Assembly: GCA_043228905.1 (NCBI GenBank)
Contig: JBHGNT010000016.1
Coordinates: forward strand, 3,286,001-3,350,000
Source: Azolla caroliniana
Lineage: Eukaryota; Plantae; Polypodiophyta
DNA length: 64,000 bases
Direction: 5' to 3'
A program made the position numbers and the translations under genes. The notes under the pieces are model-generated. The model worked only from the letters and a program-made list of their open reading frames with translations. It had not been told where the DNA came from and did no database searches. Positions 11,061-24,935 of this stretch are shown here, piece after piece (position 1 is the stretch's first letter; each line of letters opens with the position of its first letter).

Positions 11061-13317
11061 AACTTATCATACCATGTCGCACTCATCATATACATGTCCT
11101 CCTCACCACCCATCGCCCATGACCTAACATGACCCTAGAGCCATGTTTGGAGACATTACGCCCGCCCATCCGACTCTCTCCACATGTCAATGCATGATGA
11201 TTTGCATGACCATGAATGAATGGAAAGCAAGCCCGCCTCCTTGAATGAATTCCATCGGTGTTTTGGAATGCAAACAACAATCTCTCGTTTATCAACTTTG
11301 TTTTCACAACTCTCATGGGTGTCAATGCTGCATTGATGCAACATCATTGGGTGGATCTCTTGCCCACAAACTATCAAGCATCTTCATCTCTCCTTGTTTA
11401 CAATGTATCACAAACCCTTGCTTCCGAGAAAAACAATCTACGGTAAATATTTATCCATGGCCAATTTATCAATGTGTGTTTGGCATGAATTCAAAACTAA
11501 ACTGAGAATAACTCTTTACGGTACACTCAATCCCATTGTAGAACATTCTAAACCTTGCAACGTAAAGTTTGTAGAAGCGCTTGTTACTATATTCTCTTAC
11601 ATGTCTAAAAGGCAATGTTTTCACGTGGTGCTTTAGCACATAATGTCATGTGTAATAACATCTGTTAATTTCAAGATTGTATTCATTTCGTTATTCCGAC
11701 AAATCAAAATTAATGTATGCTAATGTAATGCTAAGATTTTATGTATATTTCTTCTTCAATATTTGAAGCATACATATTAGATTGATGATTGATCTCAACA
11801 TAATCACACATACACACATTATATATTGTGCTGCCAACATTGATTTCACCCACACCTTTTTGACATTTATGAATACATTTATAGAGAATATGTGGTATAA
11901 TCATGTAGCTCAACATGATCATATCTACTATATATATATGTATGTATGTATGTATAATCCCCCTTGAAGTATCATTTTGGCGAAAACAATACTCACCAAA
12001 AAATATGTGTTGATTCTAGCCTATTGTAATTATATCACACCTCTCAAGGAAAATTGCCATAAGCAATCCTTCTTACATATGGAAAACTAGTTAGTGAACA
12101 AAATAGAAACTTTAACATGTAGTTTGTCAGAAATAAATTTTCCAAAATAAGCAACTTTCATGAGAAACATGTAGTCAGAAGTTGTACTTTTCTATGTACA
12201 TATATCTTGGAAAGGCTTCTACTTGTCATGTTGTTTGAAATGTGAAAATGACATCATTATTAGCTTGTGCCCATGGCCATGCAATGTTGTGCAAGTGTGA
12301 AAATCACATAGTGACCCATCCAATGATACTAGCTTGCCATGTTATGCATCTAGAGAGGTTTGCATTCCTCAAAAGCTCATGTTTTGAAAAAGATAAAGAT
12401 ATAAAGTGTTTGTTTTATGTGATCTCTTTGGATTAAGGTTATTGGATTAAGCTCATAGACTTATTTGATTATTCAACCATATCCACCATCTAAGAACAAC
12501 CAATGATAATCCCGAGTCAAGATATCTAGGGGAAGAAGGATAATAGAAAATAGACCTCATCTACATCTCAATTACACATATTGAGGAAATTTTCCTTTGC
12601 ACAAATTCGAGGAACAATCCCAAAATCCTTGACAGAAATATTCCACATATGAGCAAGGGTAAATCATTTCTCAATGAGCAACCATGAAATATGGACAAGA
12701 TTCCCATATCCTTATGCAATGGAAGCATACTCCCATTTATTCTTTTACTTCACCCATTTTTTTGACATTCGTAACAAAAAAAATTCATTGAGAGTACCTA
12801 AACATACCCTTTATCAATCATAGTACGATATTTGAAATTTGGTTGTTTATGCTTTATGCTAACTAAGAAGTTGTGAACTACAAAAAAGTTTGGATAATGA
12901 CATCGTTGAAAATACATGTGCATCTAGATTTACAAGCATCTTGATTGATAGATGCCATTTGTAACTTTTTACATAGCCCCCTTTACATAAAAGATTGTGG
13001 ATGCATTTCCTTTTTAGTGATTGTTTTAACTTTTCCAAACCACGTTAGCTATTTACTTGTGGAACTTTAAATCGTATTGTACAAATTGAACCAATATATT
13101 CATCATGAGTTCATAGTTATGTTTCTGTTTATTCCATTTGCAAAGGAGAAAGGTAAAATATAAATCGATAAGGTAAATGACATGCTTGCCCATGATGTGA
13201 TAACGTTGACATATCGTTAGTTACCAAAACACAAGCTGCAAATGCTTATCCTTTACTATCAAATATTTCTTAATGTTATACCTTGGATATTGAGATGTAT
13301 GGATCCAAATGAAGAGA

Positions 13318-16300
13318 CTTTTTCTTCTTCTTTTTTCCCCCTAAAAAGATACGCCTTGGTATTATTAAATCATAAGAAATACAAAAGTTGTGCATAACCG
13401 ATTCCCTTGTACCCTCATCATAACGATTTGTTGGGCATAGCCAACAATAAGGGGTGATCAAGCAATAAGAAGAGATGCCCTCGTTTTGTATCTTTTTGAA
13501 GCTTTTAAAGCTTCATAAACTCAGCCTTCTTGTGCATAACCTTATCAATGACTGTTTTTTCCGAATTACTGCTTGATAAAACTGACATAGAAACATTATC
13601 ATTGTAACAACATCTGTAAGAAGTGCTTCACTTGAATGCCAGAAAGTATAAATGTTTTTAGCTAAACTTCAAGCAATTTGTTGTTTTTGTTTCTGGATTT
13701 CTGCTTTTCAAACTCTGACTGATGCCTCTCTTTCATAATCCATCTTGCAACTTGTGCAACAATAACAACTTTCTAGTGCCATTCCTCATAGTCAATTTGA
13801 TGTGTATATGCAAGAACTACACATATTTGCACACCATATCTCCAAGATTTTTATCATCTTCTCCTCCCAAACTGCAATTGAGAATTCAATGTAACAACAG
13901 AATGTCCATAAACAAAGTTAGAAGACATTGTTTCCCAAAATGACGAGAACAGTATACATCCAAATTATGTGATCTCCATCTTCCCTAAAAATGAGCATAG
14001 AGGTCCATATCCTTTTAAAATGCATTTGTTTCCTGAAAATGGCATCAACATTGCCTGTAAAACTTTCATACTGACCTCGTAATGTATGAACAAGTAACAA
14101 CCATAACTCGGCAATTATAACTGAAGCATCTCGAGTGACATTATCAAATATTGATGTGCATCGCGTGCCTTCCAAATTACCCACATTAGAATAGATGAAA
14201 TTGTCTTCCATATAATATCATCCCTAAATTGCAAATTGTCACTTATAAAAGGTTGAACCATTTGTATATGAGGAAGAACTATGTGAAAAGCTTCCACTAT
14301 ATCCACCTTTTCATATAACAAGAGTTGTCCCTCTAGAATTCCCCACCTAACCACACCCCAAGTGACCACACAATTAGCATGTATCAATATCAACAACCTT
14401 AATACTCTCTGCCATATTTGCATAATTTTAGGACAAGACCACAATACATGCTTAATTGATTCTATCATACATCCACAACTAAAACCACGTGACTTACTAT
14501 CTACTTGTCGCAACCAAGCCCGAATTGGTAGTGCATAATGGATCAATAACCAACGAAAAAGGAAAATCTACCTGGGAATCTACATACTCCATAACCACTT
14601 CCAATATTTAGATGCATCCATTAAAGAGGCCCCATTCGCCAACCACACTTTCATAGCGGATGGCGGATGAAATTTCCTACTTAAGAGCAAATTTCATCCC
14701 AACTTCACAGAATATTGAAAAAATGTAGTATGAGACGAAGGATTTGTATGTTTCCAAAGATAATCTGATGGATCCCAATGCAAGTCCAACAATGATTTTT
14801 TTTTAAAAACCCATAGTTGGCAAAATAACATACTATCAGAAGGAGAAGGATCTAAAATCCATCTTTTACTCGATTTACCAATCACTCTCACTGGATGTTG
14901 CAATGCCGTTTGCCAAATTGACGATTCCACATCAGTCTGCCATAATCTTCCTTCCTCGGACACATCAAAATAGTAACAGTCTCCTTGAGATGTTGTTCCT
15001 TTTACTCCTATAATAACACCAACCAGAGTAAAATATCCAAACCAAACATGCTCAAAAGAAGGTGACCAATTAGAGACAAAATTCCCTAAAGATAATTGAA
15101 TTTCATCAAACATAAGTCTAAAATCTCTACACATGGTAGCATCTAGCTGTGAATTATTAAGATGAAAAACATAATTTCCCCAAGAGGCTATCGTGGCGGC
15201 TATACCATTATCCAACGTAGCCCACTGTAATTGTGGTCTACTACCAAGCAACCCCTTTCATCAGAAAAATTAAAATTCCAAATCAAAGGTTGCTGCAACA
15301 ATTCTTCATTCGAAGAGGGCCATCTACGAATCAAAAAATACTTAACATCATCCTATGCTTTACAAATGCCAACCATAAAACCATCTATCGGACCATGTAT
15401 TGGTCTCATCTTAAAATTTGACAAGAATGCCCATCTTAGAGATGGTTTCCAACCCCCCCCACCCCCCCTAGATGATTTAATATCAAGAAATCGGTTTAAA
15501 AGCAACTCTGACCATATACCTTGAGCAGGCAACATAGCCCTAACAACAAATTTTGCTAAAAGAGCCTTACATTGGCTATCTAGGTCTACTAACCCTAAAC
15601 CACCATCAGAAATTTGCAACACAAGTGTCGAATAAGCTACCTTCGCACGAGCATCATTATTACTTCGTCCTATCCAAATAAAGTTTCGAACCATTCGTTG
15701 AATCTATAATAAACAGGATCTAGAGAACAAACATGTAGATGCAATATACCACATCGATGAGAGGAGAACCTTATTAGCTACCATTACTTTGCTTGCTAAA
15801 GACAACACTATAGTGTCCCAAATCAATAATTTTTTCCTAAGTGATAACATTAGAGGAGCTAACAATCGCTCCTTATGCATATTTATACCAACCTGACATC
15901 CTAACTAACGAACTAAAACTCCTTCTTGAATCCAACAAAAAAACTTAGATGATCTCCATGATGACAATGGCCGCATAGAAACCCAAAAACCCACTGATTT
16001 ACACCAATTAACTTTTGCACCAGAGGTGACACAAAATGTTTCCAATGCAGCTTGTGCTTTATACAAATTACCTTCTTCAGCGCGCATGTATAGTGTTGTA
16101 TCATCTACAAAATCCACATCTAGAATCATCTTGTTAGATATCGGTTCAACCAGCCCTTGGATCCCAGCACCTGCTGAATTTAAAAATGCTGAAAATACCT
16201 CCGTAACAATCAGAAATAAGAAAGGGGCTAAAGGACACCCTTGGTGAATAGATCGTGACATTTGAAACCTTCGTCCTCTACCTCCCGCTACTAAGATAGA

Positions 16301-17780
16301 ACTATAAGCTAATCTATACAAAGCTGACACTACAATAATCCAAGCTTCTAGAAACCCTAATCTTCTCATCACCTCTTCTAAAAAGTCCTAATTCACTCTA
16401 TCATAGGCCTTTTCAAAATCTAACAATAAAATTACTAAGTTCTCTTTCTTTGCCATAGCTGAAGCAGACAACTCCCAAAACAAAAAAATATTATCAAATA
16501 TACTCCTATCTTGCATGAAACTTGTTTGAAAAGTATGAATAATATTAGGCAATAAAGGTTGCAAACGCAATGCCAACACCTTAGCATAAATTTTGTAAAT
16601 TGTATTGAGTAATGTGATCGGTCGCCATGCTCCTAATGTCCTCCGAGGCTCCATCCCCTTTAGGGATAAGGCAAATCAGCCCCTCCTTCCATTCCTCTGG
16701 CATAGCTCCTGAATAAAAAATTATTTGAAAAGCATTAGTTAAATCATCAGCTATAATGTCCCAATACTATAAGAAAACATCTCTTATTAGTTCATCCTCT
16801 CCCGAGTAAACCTCGGAACCCTAAGATTTTAATGCTTGCAGAACCTTAGAAGAAGAAAAAGGGCATAAAAGAGTTTGAACCATTCGATCTGTAACACATG
16901 GTTTTGTTGTACTGAAAACTATACCCCTCATTGCCAATACATTTTGATTCACCTCATCAGCAGAAAACAATTGTTCATAATACCGCGATGCCAACTCATA
17001 CTATCAGAAGGGTCTTCAAGCATATTAAAGTCCCCAGCAAAGCACCAATGATCAATTACAGGGAGATTATTCCACAATTGGCACCAAAATTGTGCCCTTC
17101 CCCTTGTTGAATTCGGTGCATAAACATTCAAGAAGCCAACTTTTTTTTCTAATATCTTTAAGACTATAAATTGGGCACGACCACCTTGTAAAAAACCCTT
17201 GTCTACAATCAAAGAGGCCCATTTTTCAGAACATGCAATAGCAAGCGCCCCTTGCGTTCTAGATGGCCCATAAGCCGGAATCCAATCATAAAACCACCTT
17301 CCCTTCAAGAATTTACGAATTTTAGCTACCCTATTCTGTGATAAATGATGTTCTTGTATCAATAAAATGTCAAATTTATGCATATACTGGGATGATAGTT
17401 TCTGATTAAACAAGTCTTTCACTTTATGAAATTTATCACCTCCTAACCCTTGTACATTCCAAGAGAGTAAAGTCAACAAATCCATATCACAAGGAGGGAG
17501 GTAACAACCTTTTATCCTTCAAGATATCACTTCGTTCCTTCTTAGTTGAAGAAACAGCTCTAGTAATTCTTTTTTCCATATTAGAATTTCCATTATCCTT
17601 GTATACTCTATTTTTGCTATTCCCTACAGCCTCAACGACACTATTAGATGCTGAAAATTTATACGGAATGGGAACATTTTCAACATGCAGCACCATCTTC
17701 TTCAAGTGATCCTCTACATTCTTTCTCACAATCTTAGCATAAGAAAATGGCACAATATCCTTAGATATAGAAATTTGCTG
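13318..17780 (-). mobile_element. Degenerate 5'-truncated L1-clade LINE
   Basis: ORF2 pieces: APE endonuclease (SWNVQGLG, IQEHH, NVYAPN, AGDFN), RT (WRPITLLN, DFEKAYDRV, QGCPLAP, FVDDT) and C-terminal zf-RVT-like region. T-rich tail at 13319-13336. TSD AAATGAAGAGA (13307-13317, 17781-17791). Empty site in the paralogous flank near 32835. Confidence 0.92.
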
Positions 17781-19654
17781 AAATGAAGAGAGCTTTGCCT
17801 TCACAAAATCTCAAGATGTTGTAATGAAAGGGGTAGTTAATCCCATTAATATAGTCAAATACTTTAGGCTCCAAAAACACATCTTCCCACATGTCATATG
17901 TCCTCATAGGCTCTTCAACAGGTAACCTTTTTACTTTCCAAAAAGAACTCCTTTCATTGGTTATAAACTTTTATAGATGAGGCTATTATATACAAATACC
18001 AATAGGGATGGAACAATTCAATCTTATGTGGAGGCCCACTGACTCAAGAAAGGGAGGGGACAACCATTGTTCGATGAAAGCTAATCATTGTCTTTCAGCT
18101 CCATCGGCTTTGTCCATGAGGCCATCCATCGTATTGGCTTTTTAGTGTGGCTCAACTTCACTCTATAAAGCTAAACAAGCAACAATCTCCGAGATAATAT
18201 GTTGGCATTCCAAAAATGTATGTGTCATATGTATGATTGGGGCTTCTTGGCCTTGGTTTTTGTCAAAGTAGTTATAAACCATCACATACTGGATTCAAGA
18301 TAGTATCCAAAAGCACTGAGTGTATCAATTATGTAATATAGTAAGAATCCACACACCTCAACATTTGTTACAAGGTGGCTCTAACCATTGTATACATTGG
18401 AATTTGGTACATTGACTTTGCTAATGCTAGAATGAAATCATGATGTTGATAGATCTATATTGACCTACTTCACACTAGGAGGGGAGCAATATTTCAAGAT
18501 GTGCTCTTGATTACTAAAGTAGAATTTTTTTGGTAACTTGTAGCTACAAACAAGCTACATTTCTTCACAAATTGTAGGATCTTTTGAGCAATAACCTTGA
18601 GATTACATTGTGTTCATGTCCTAACTTGACCACTTTGCTTGATTGGATACATATTTTTGGTTGGGATAGATATTGGGATAAACCATGAAGCACATCAGTT
18701 TTTTCATTAATGGCAAATTTGTCTTCAAATGGAAGATAATCACCCGAATCCCTAGAATAGGGCATTATTCCATGCATAAAATGTTGTTTCATAGTATCTT
18801 ATGGTTTTTCTTGAACTATAATGAAGAGCCTACATAAAACCATAAAGACTGATACATTCACCATCACTTGAGTGAGAATACAATATCTTATTTACTCTTC
18901 CTCCCACTTTTCACACATGTTTTTTTTTTCTTGCTATTCCAAAATACTATAGAGTATACATATATTAACACATTGCAAGAATCAATAGTTTCTAGGACTC
19001 TTTTGTTTGATATACAAACATCATCAAACTATTCGTGATAGCCTATATACAAATGGTTCATGCCATGATATGCAACGATGTTTTACACAACGAATGATGT
19101 GGCACAATAGGATTTGATAAAAGAACTTGGCACCCATCAATGTTTCAAGTTAAAGGTATATGTTATACACCCATATCTAGAATAAGTGAGTGAAATATAA
19201 TAACACTTCCTATTCCTTGGTTTCTTCTTTCCTTTTGTATATCAAAAGTTATGGGTCTCATAAAATCAAACCACAAAATGGGGCAAATGGGCATACAAAG
19301 TGCTCATCACTTGAAAATCCAAGAGTCAATAAAAGGTAATGTGAAGAATATAAATATAAATGACCCGCATCGTCGTTAAAGCTTTGTGTATTTTTGCAAC
19401 ATGAAGGTACAAAGGTTAGAGCCTCAAGCAAATATGTAATGATGACGATGATCTTATGATCAGAGAGATTTTCCCAAAAGATGAATGTTGATGAATCATC
19501 TTAAGCATTGTCCAAGGTAAATGCAATGCTTCCTATTGTTCACAAAAGCTTCATAATATTCCATTGTATTGCAATAACGTGATTTGAGGGGATCTGCTTT
19601 GTAGCTTCACTCCACTACTAACCTCTCCAACTATGTATAATTATTAAAGCCCCA

Positions 19655-19812
19655 CCCCATTATCATCATCACCTTCAGAGGAAGACGGAAAAGATTGTGC
19701 GATCTGACTCAGAGTATGTCCACAAAAGCATCAGGATCACTGCAAGCCAAGCTCATTTCCTCCATATCCGCCTCTTCTCCCAAGCTTCCATGGAAGCAAT
19801 TGCTGATTATTA
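19655..19812 (-). pseudogene. Inverted relic of LecRK kinase C-terminus (copy 1)
   Basis: Reverse complement contains TTCCATGGAAGCTTGGGAGAAGAGGCGGATATGGAGGAAATGAGCTTGGCTTGC...GATCCTGATGC, aligning to the SHGSLEEREQME...SLACCHPDP segment of copies B, D and E. Confidence 0.75.
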
Positions 19813-19887
19813 TTCAAGAATAAGTCAAGTAGTTGTCTATAATTTTAATTTGTTACTATTAGTGTCCATTGACATTTAGGAAGGAAT

Positions 19888-20333
19888 TAACAATGGACCC
19901 AGTTCAGTTTCTTTGCCTTTGAAACCAAACCATCTAGGTATGTATGTAAAACAAAAACCAAACCAAACTGTTTCATGAATTCTCAAACCATTTAAACCAA
20001 ACAATTTAAGAAAAGGTAAACGAAACCATTTAGGGAAAAGTTTAAACCAAGCTAATCATTTAAGTCAAACTAAATAAACAAAACTGTATTAACTTAAATA
20101 AGAATTTATGTTAAATTTATTAAATTAATAAAAAAACATTAATTAAACCATTAAATAAATAAACCATAAGTGGGGAAAAAGTGAACAAAAAACCTTTAAA
20201 CCATACTACTTAAACCTTTAAACAGAACAAAACCAAACTGTTTATAAATAATCTGAACCCAACCAAACCATTATTTTCAGAATCAACAAACTGTTAAGTG
20301 GTTCGGTTTGAGCTGAAATTGGGCCCACAACTA
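19888..20333. mobile_element. hAT-type MITE upstream of copy C
   Basis: Imperfect TIRs TAACAATGGACC / GGCCCACAACTA, 8-bp TSD GAAGGAAT (19880-19887, 20334-20341), AAACC subterminal repeats. Confidence 0.85.
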
Positions 20334-21048
20334 GAAGGAATGAAGTTCCACATATTTCTTTTCAAATGAAATGTTGGACTTTAGATTATTTCTAAGAAAT
20401 TAATGATTGGGTGGAGCAATCTTCCAACTCTAAACAATTCTAGTTCTTGGGGTACAAATTGACCAATGCACAATTTGGAAAATAAATAGATAAATAAAAA
20501 TGTACAATTCATCGTAAGTTTACTGGGTACTCAATTCCAGCGGGAGGACAACTTGACAATATATTATTGACAAACTGAGGGGCAACCAAAAAAACATGAT
20601 GCGATCTCCGGCTAGAGTTGAATTTCACCATGAGCTAGAGTTCCAACAAATCCTTTTGTTGGTCAAATGTAGGTTTGCCAAATAACATAGCTTTTGAGTT
20701 AGGAGGGTAGGGTAGTACACACAATTTTGAGAAATCTCACTTGATAAAAAGCCAAGCATGTACAAAGAACAAATATGGGTTTCAAGCCGACCGAAATGCC
20801 CAAGGGTTATGATAGAAAAATAAAATAAAATACTTCAATGTGCGTCTATATGAACCCAAGTGTGGAAAGGCAGACATAAGTGTGAATGCCACCATATACA
20901 TTGTTGCTCTTTTATACCAGTTTTGAAATAATATCCAATCCAAAGGCCCATGCTAGCATATCATTATAGAGATTTCAACTCTTCTTTGCTTCTGGTTGCG
21001 AACCGTATCTATCACAATCACCATTATCTCCGAGGAACCTTATTTGCT

Positions 21049-21381
21049 ATGGCCTCTTCTTCTTCCATCATCATCCTCATCTTCTTGGTTTTCTGGGCAA
21101 TCTCTGCTCTTCATGCCTCATCATCTTCTTCTTCTTCTTCTTCACATCAAACTAATGTCGAATTCAATTTCAATAGTTTCTCCCTCACATATGTCTCCCA
21201 CTTCAACTTCACCCAAGACTCCAACATACAATTCACTGCATTGCAGGTGACATATGATGCCGGGTCTCGTGACGTTGCCATCCTCAATGCATCAGGCCAA
21301 ATCACATATACCACTCCCCTCCGTCTCTGAGCCAAAAAACACAACTACCTGGCTTCCTACAACACCTCCTTCTTGATCAAC
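21049..21381 (+). pseudogene. LecRK paralog C: 5' fragment
   Basis: MASSSSIIILIFLVFWAIS...QITYTTPLRL, then TGA at 21328-21330 (Trp in B and E). Homology ends at FLIN (~21381), where LINE sequence begins. Confidence 0.9.
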
Positions 21382-22095
21382 TGCATTAGCCTCCGTTTTC
21401 ACTTTAGACCAAGCATTACCCTCCGTTTTACCGAACCGCAAGAAATTGTGAATCAATCTCCTTAGTTTTAAGATTCATGAATTGGAGAATATCCAACAAG
21501 ACGAGAATATCCAACAAGACAAAACATATCATGTTGTAGTCAATAAGACCTAATTAGCAACTACAATCCATCCAACAAAAGACAGCTTGGCTGAACTCCA
21601 TAATAACAACTATTTCCGTAATGACAATAGGAGGGGTGCCACTTGATTTTCTACTGATAGATCAATACGTATTTTACATCCTAGGTACCGAACTAGGGAA
21701 CTTGGCGGTATCCATCGAAATTGCAGATGTGGATTCCAGAAGGAGGATCTACATCCCCCAAGCCAAAATGCAAAGGATTTGTTACAAGTGCATCTAAAGC
21801 CTTACAAAATGTGGATAGGGCCAATTTCGTTTTTTGGACATTCTCCAAATCAACTTTTAAGTATAGGGCAGTGTCATCCGCAAATTCAGCGTCCCGTACT
21901 TCAACATTTGAGAGTGGGATGCATAATCCATGTACACCACTATCATCGGCATTCAAAAAAGAAATCATTACATCAACAAAAAACAGAAATAGGAAAGGAG
22001 CCAAATGACAACCTTGTCAAACTGATCGAGAAATGGAAAATAAAGGGCCATAATTCCCAGCCAATAAGACTCAGCAGCTTTGAGCAGAAGTATAT
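21382..22095 (-). mobile_element. L1-clade LINE reverse-transcriptase fragment
   Basis: Minus-strand LAPFLFLFF...DAEFADDTALYL, homologous to the RT of the other LINEs in the window. Confidence 0.85.
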
Positions 22096-22421
22096 AATGA
22101 TACCTTTCCACTAAAAATATAGCCAAAACCAGATGCATGATGGAATGTACATGTGCCATACATGCTAGACATATGCATGCATGCATCTATGTATGTATAT
22201 ACGTATGTAGGCATGCATATACATACGTATAGGCATATATGTATGTATGCAATAATGCATATATGCATACATATAATGATATAACTTTATAAGTATGTAA
22301 ATGAATGTATGTATGTATGTATGTATAATATGTAACATATTTCCAAAATTACAAGAATAGCCCTGTCCAGTACCTGATTCTCGTCGATTAAAGCGATGGC
22401 GATGGCGATGCTTCTTCTTTC

Positions 22422-22772
22422 TCACGTACTTCCTGTCAGTGATGGAGTAGAAGAAATCGGAGGACAATCGATGAAAAGGACGAAAGGAAGAGGAAGAGAA
22501 AGACTGTAGGAGGCGGAGGAGCTCAAGAAGCAGGATAATTGGATCGGCGAGGAAGATGCAGACAGGAGAGTTATCAAGAGGAACATGATCAGATCTCATG
22601 GATGTGAAGAAGGAAAACAGCATCCTTACCTTCAGAAGGAGAAGGAAAGGTATGCGTTATCTGACTCACAGTATGTGGACAGAAAGCATCAGGATCACGG
22701 CAAGCCCAAGCTCATCTCCTCCATCTCCGCCTCTTCTCCCAAGCTTCCATGGAAGCGATAGCTGATTATTAT
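22422..22772 (-). pseudogene. Inverted relic of LecRK kinase C-terminus (copy 2), including stop codon
   Basis: Reverse complement aligns to the HGSL...MSLACCHPD...SQI segment and ends CCATCACTGACAGGAAGTACGTGA (PSLTGST*), versus PSLTGR* in copy E. Followed on the minus strand by an (ATAC)n tract like the LecRK 3' flanks. Confidence 0.8.
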
Positions 22773-23719
22773 TAATCCTCTGTAAACTCAGTACTCGCCA
22801 GAGAGCAATTATGTGCAGAGAGCTTTGTCTTTGTCAGAACCTCGATGACATATAGTGTATGTACATTGTCCCTTTCTTCTTCTTACTTTGCAGTAAATTA
22901 ATTATTACGAAAACTGTCAAATAATGGAATTACAGTACTACAATCTAATGATCTTATTGAAATTATGAAAGAAATGGGTTGCACAGTTCAGTTTGGTTCA
23001 GATCGGGAGTGTCAAACTCAAGCCGATCAAAACCAAACCGTTTAACAAAATTGAAACTTAAACCGAACCGAACCACGAAACCATTTCAAAGTGAAATCGT
23101 TCGAAGTGGAACCTTTAAAAAAAATTCAAACCGTTATAACTGTTTTGCAGCATGGTACGATTTGAAGTCAGGTCAAAATTCAAATTTACAATTTTACAAT
23201 TTTATATTTCTATTATATTTATAAGTATTAATAAAATTAAACATTAGAAAGCATGAAATGCAATGGATATGAATCTAATATTCCCCTAGAGACATAGCAA
23301 TCTCCTAAACATTAAAGGTGGAATAAGCAATTAAACATTAAAAAGCATGGAATTCAATGGTAATGAAAATAATATTCCCTTGGAGAAATCTCACCACTCA
23401 CAAAAGGGAGGAAAATAGAAAATTCCTAATTCTCCTATTCACAAATGCTGTTCAGTGTTCATTAACAGTCCACTTTTGAGAAATTGAATAAGTCTAAGAC
23501 TCACATCACACTTAAAACATGCCATGGATGTCACAGATGTACATTTCGCAAAACAATTCATAGATAGTCAAATTGACTTGTCCCAAGACCCTTAAGACAG
23601 CTCATCTTTGATTGTTTTGTTGACATTTGAGGATTAACCCTAATTTATCATCAGTTAAGTAGTTTTCCATATTTTTAGTTTTTTTTATTATTAGCATCGC
23701 TCAACGTTTAAGAAGGAAT

Positions 23720-24336
23720 TCGCAATGGGCCCAGTTCAGTTTCTTTGCCTTGAAATGATACCGAACTGAACCGAACCATTTATATCAAACAAAAACCAAA
23801 CCAGAATCAAGCCATTTAAGAAAAGGTAAACAAACCATTTAGGGAAAAGTTCAAACCAAAAACCGAACCATTTTAAGTTAAATGAATTAAAAATCTAATT
23901 AAACAAAAATATTTTTGTTGGAGTTAAGGGTCGTGTGAGTTTTTGCTGTTTTTGTTTGATCGCACTGAGGATTCAGGTATTTGCTAACTAATGCGAAGTA
24001 ATGTTTTTTGGAAAAATATATAAATAAACAAAAATAATTTTAAATTAAATTAGCACTTAAGTTAAATTTATTAAATTAATAAAAAAACTTGATTAAACCA
24101 TTAATTTGATAAGCATTTAAGTTACATTAGTTAAATGAATAAAAAGCATTAATTAAATCATTAAATCAATGAACCATTAAGGGAATTAAATGTAACAAAA
24201 AACCGTGTAACCAAACCACTTCGACCTATAAAAAGATAAAAGCAAAGTTTTAGAACCAAACCACTAAACTTTTTTCGGAACCGATAAACTGTTAATCGTA
24301 TCGGTTCAGTTTGAGCCGACACCAGGCCCACAGCTA
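23720..24336. mobile_element. hAT-type MITE upstream of copy D (same site as 19888)
   Basis: TIRs TCGCAATGGGCC / GGCCCACAGCTA; TSD GAAGGAAT (23712-23719, 24337-24344). Confidence 0.88.
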
Positions 24337-24935
24337 GAAGGAATGAAGTTCCACTTATTTCTTTTCAAACAAAATGTTGGACTTTTGATTCTTCCTAAGA
24401 AATTAATGATTAGGTGAAGAAATCTTCCAGCTCTAAAGAGTTTGACCAATGCACCCATTGGAAAATAAATATGTACAATGCATCAAAAGTTTATTGAGTA
24501 ATTGCTTTAAATTTGCTTTACTCAAACTCCAGCACGAGGACAACTTGACAATATATGATTGACAGATCAATAATACATGGTGCTATCTATGACTAGAGTT
24601 GAATTTTACCATCTACATACATACAGACCATGAGCTAAAGTTCCAAGCATGTCCAAAGAACAAATATGTATGTGTTTCAAGCTGCCCCAAAATGCCCAAA
24701 GGGTTATGAAAAAATAAAAACATAAAAGAATACTTAGAATGTGTGTCTATATGAACTCAAGTGTGCAAATAAGTGTGACTGCCACCATACATACTGTTGC
24801 TCTTTTATACCATTTTTGAAATGATCTCCAATCCAAAGGCCCAGACTAGTAGTATATCACTAATATTATAGAGTTTTCAATTCTTCTTTACTTCTGGTTG
24901 CAAACGCACCATTATCTCCGAGGAACCTTATTGTT

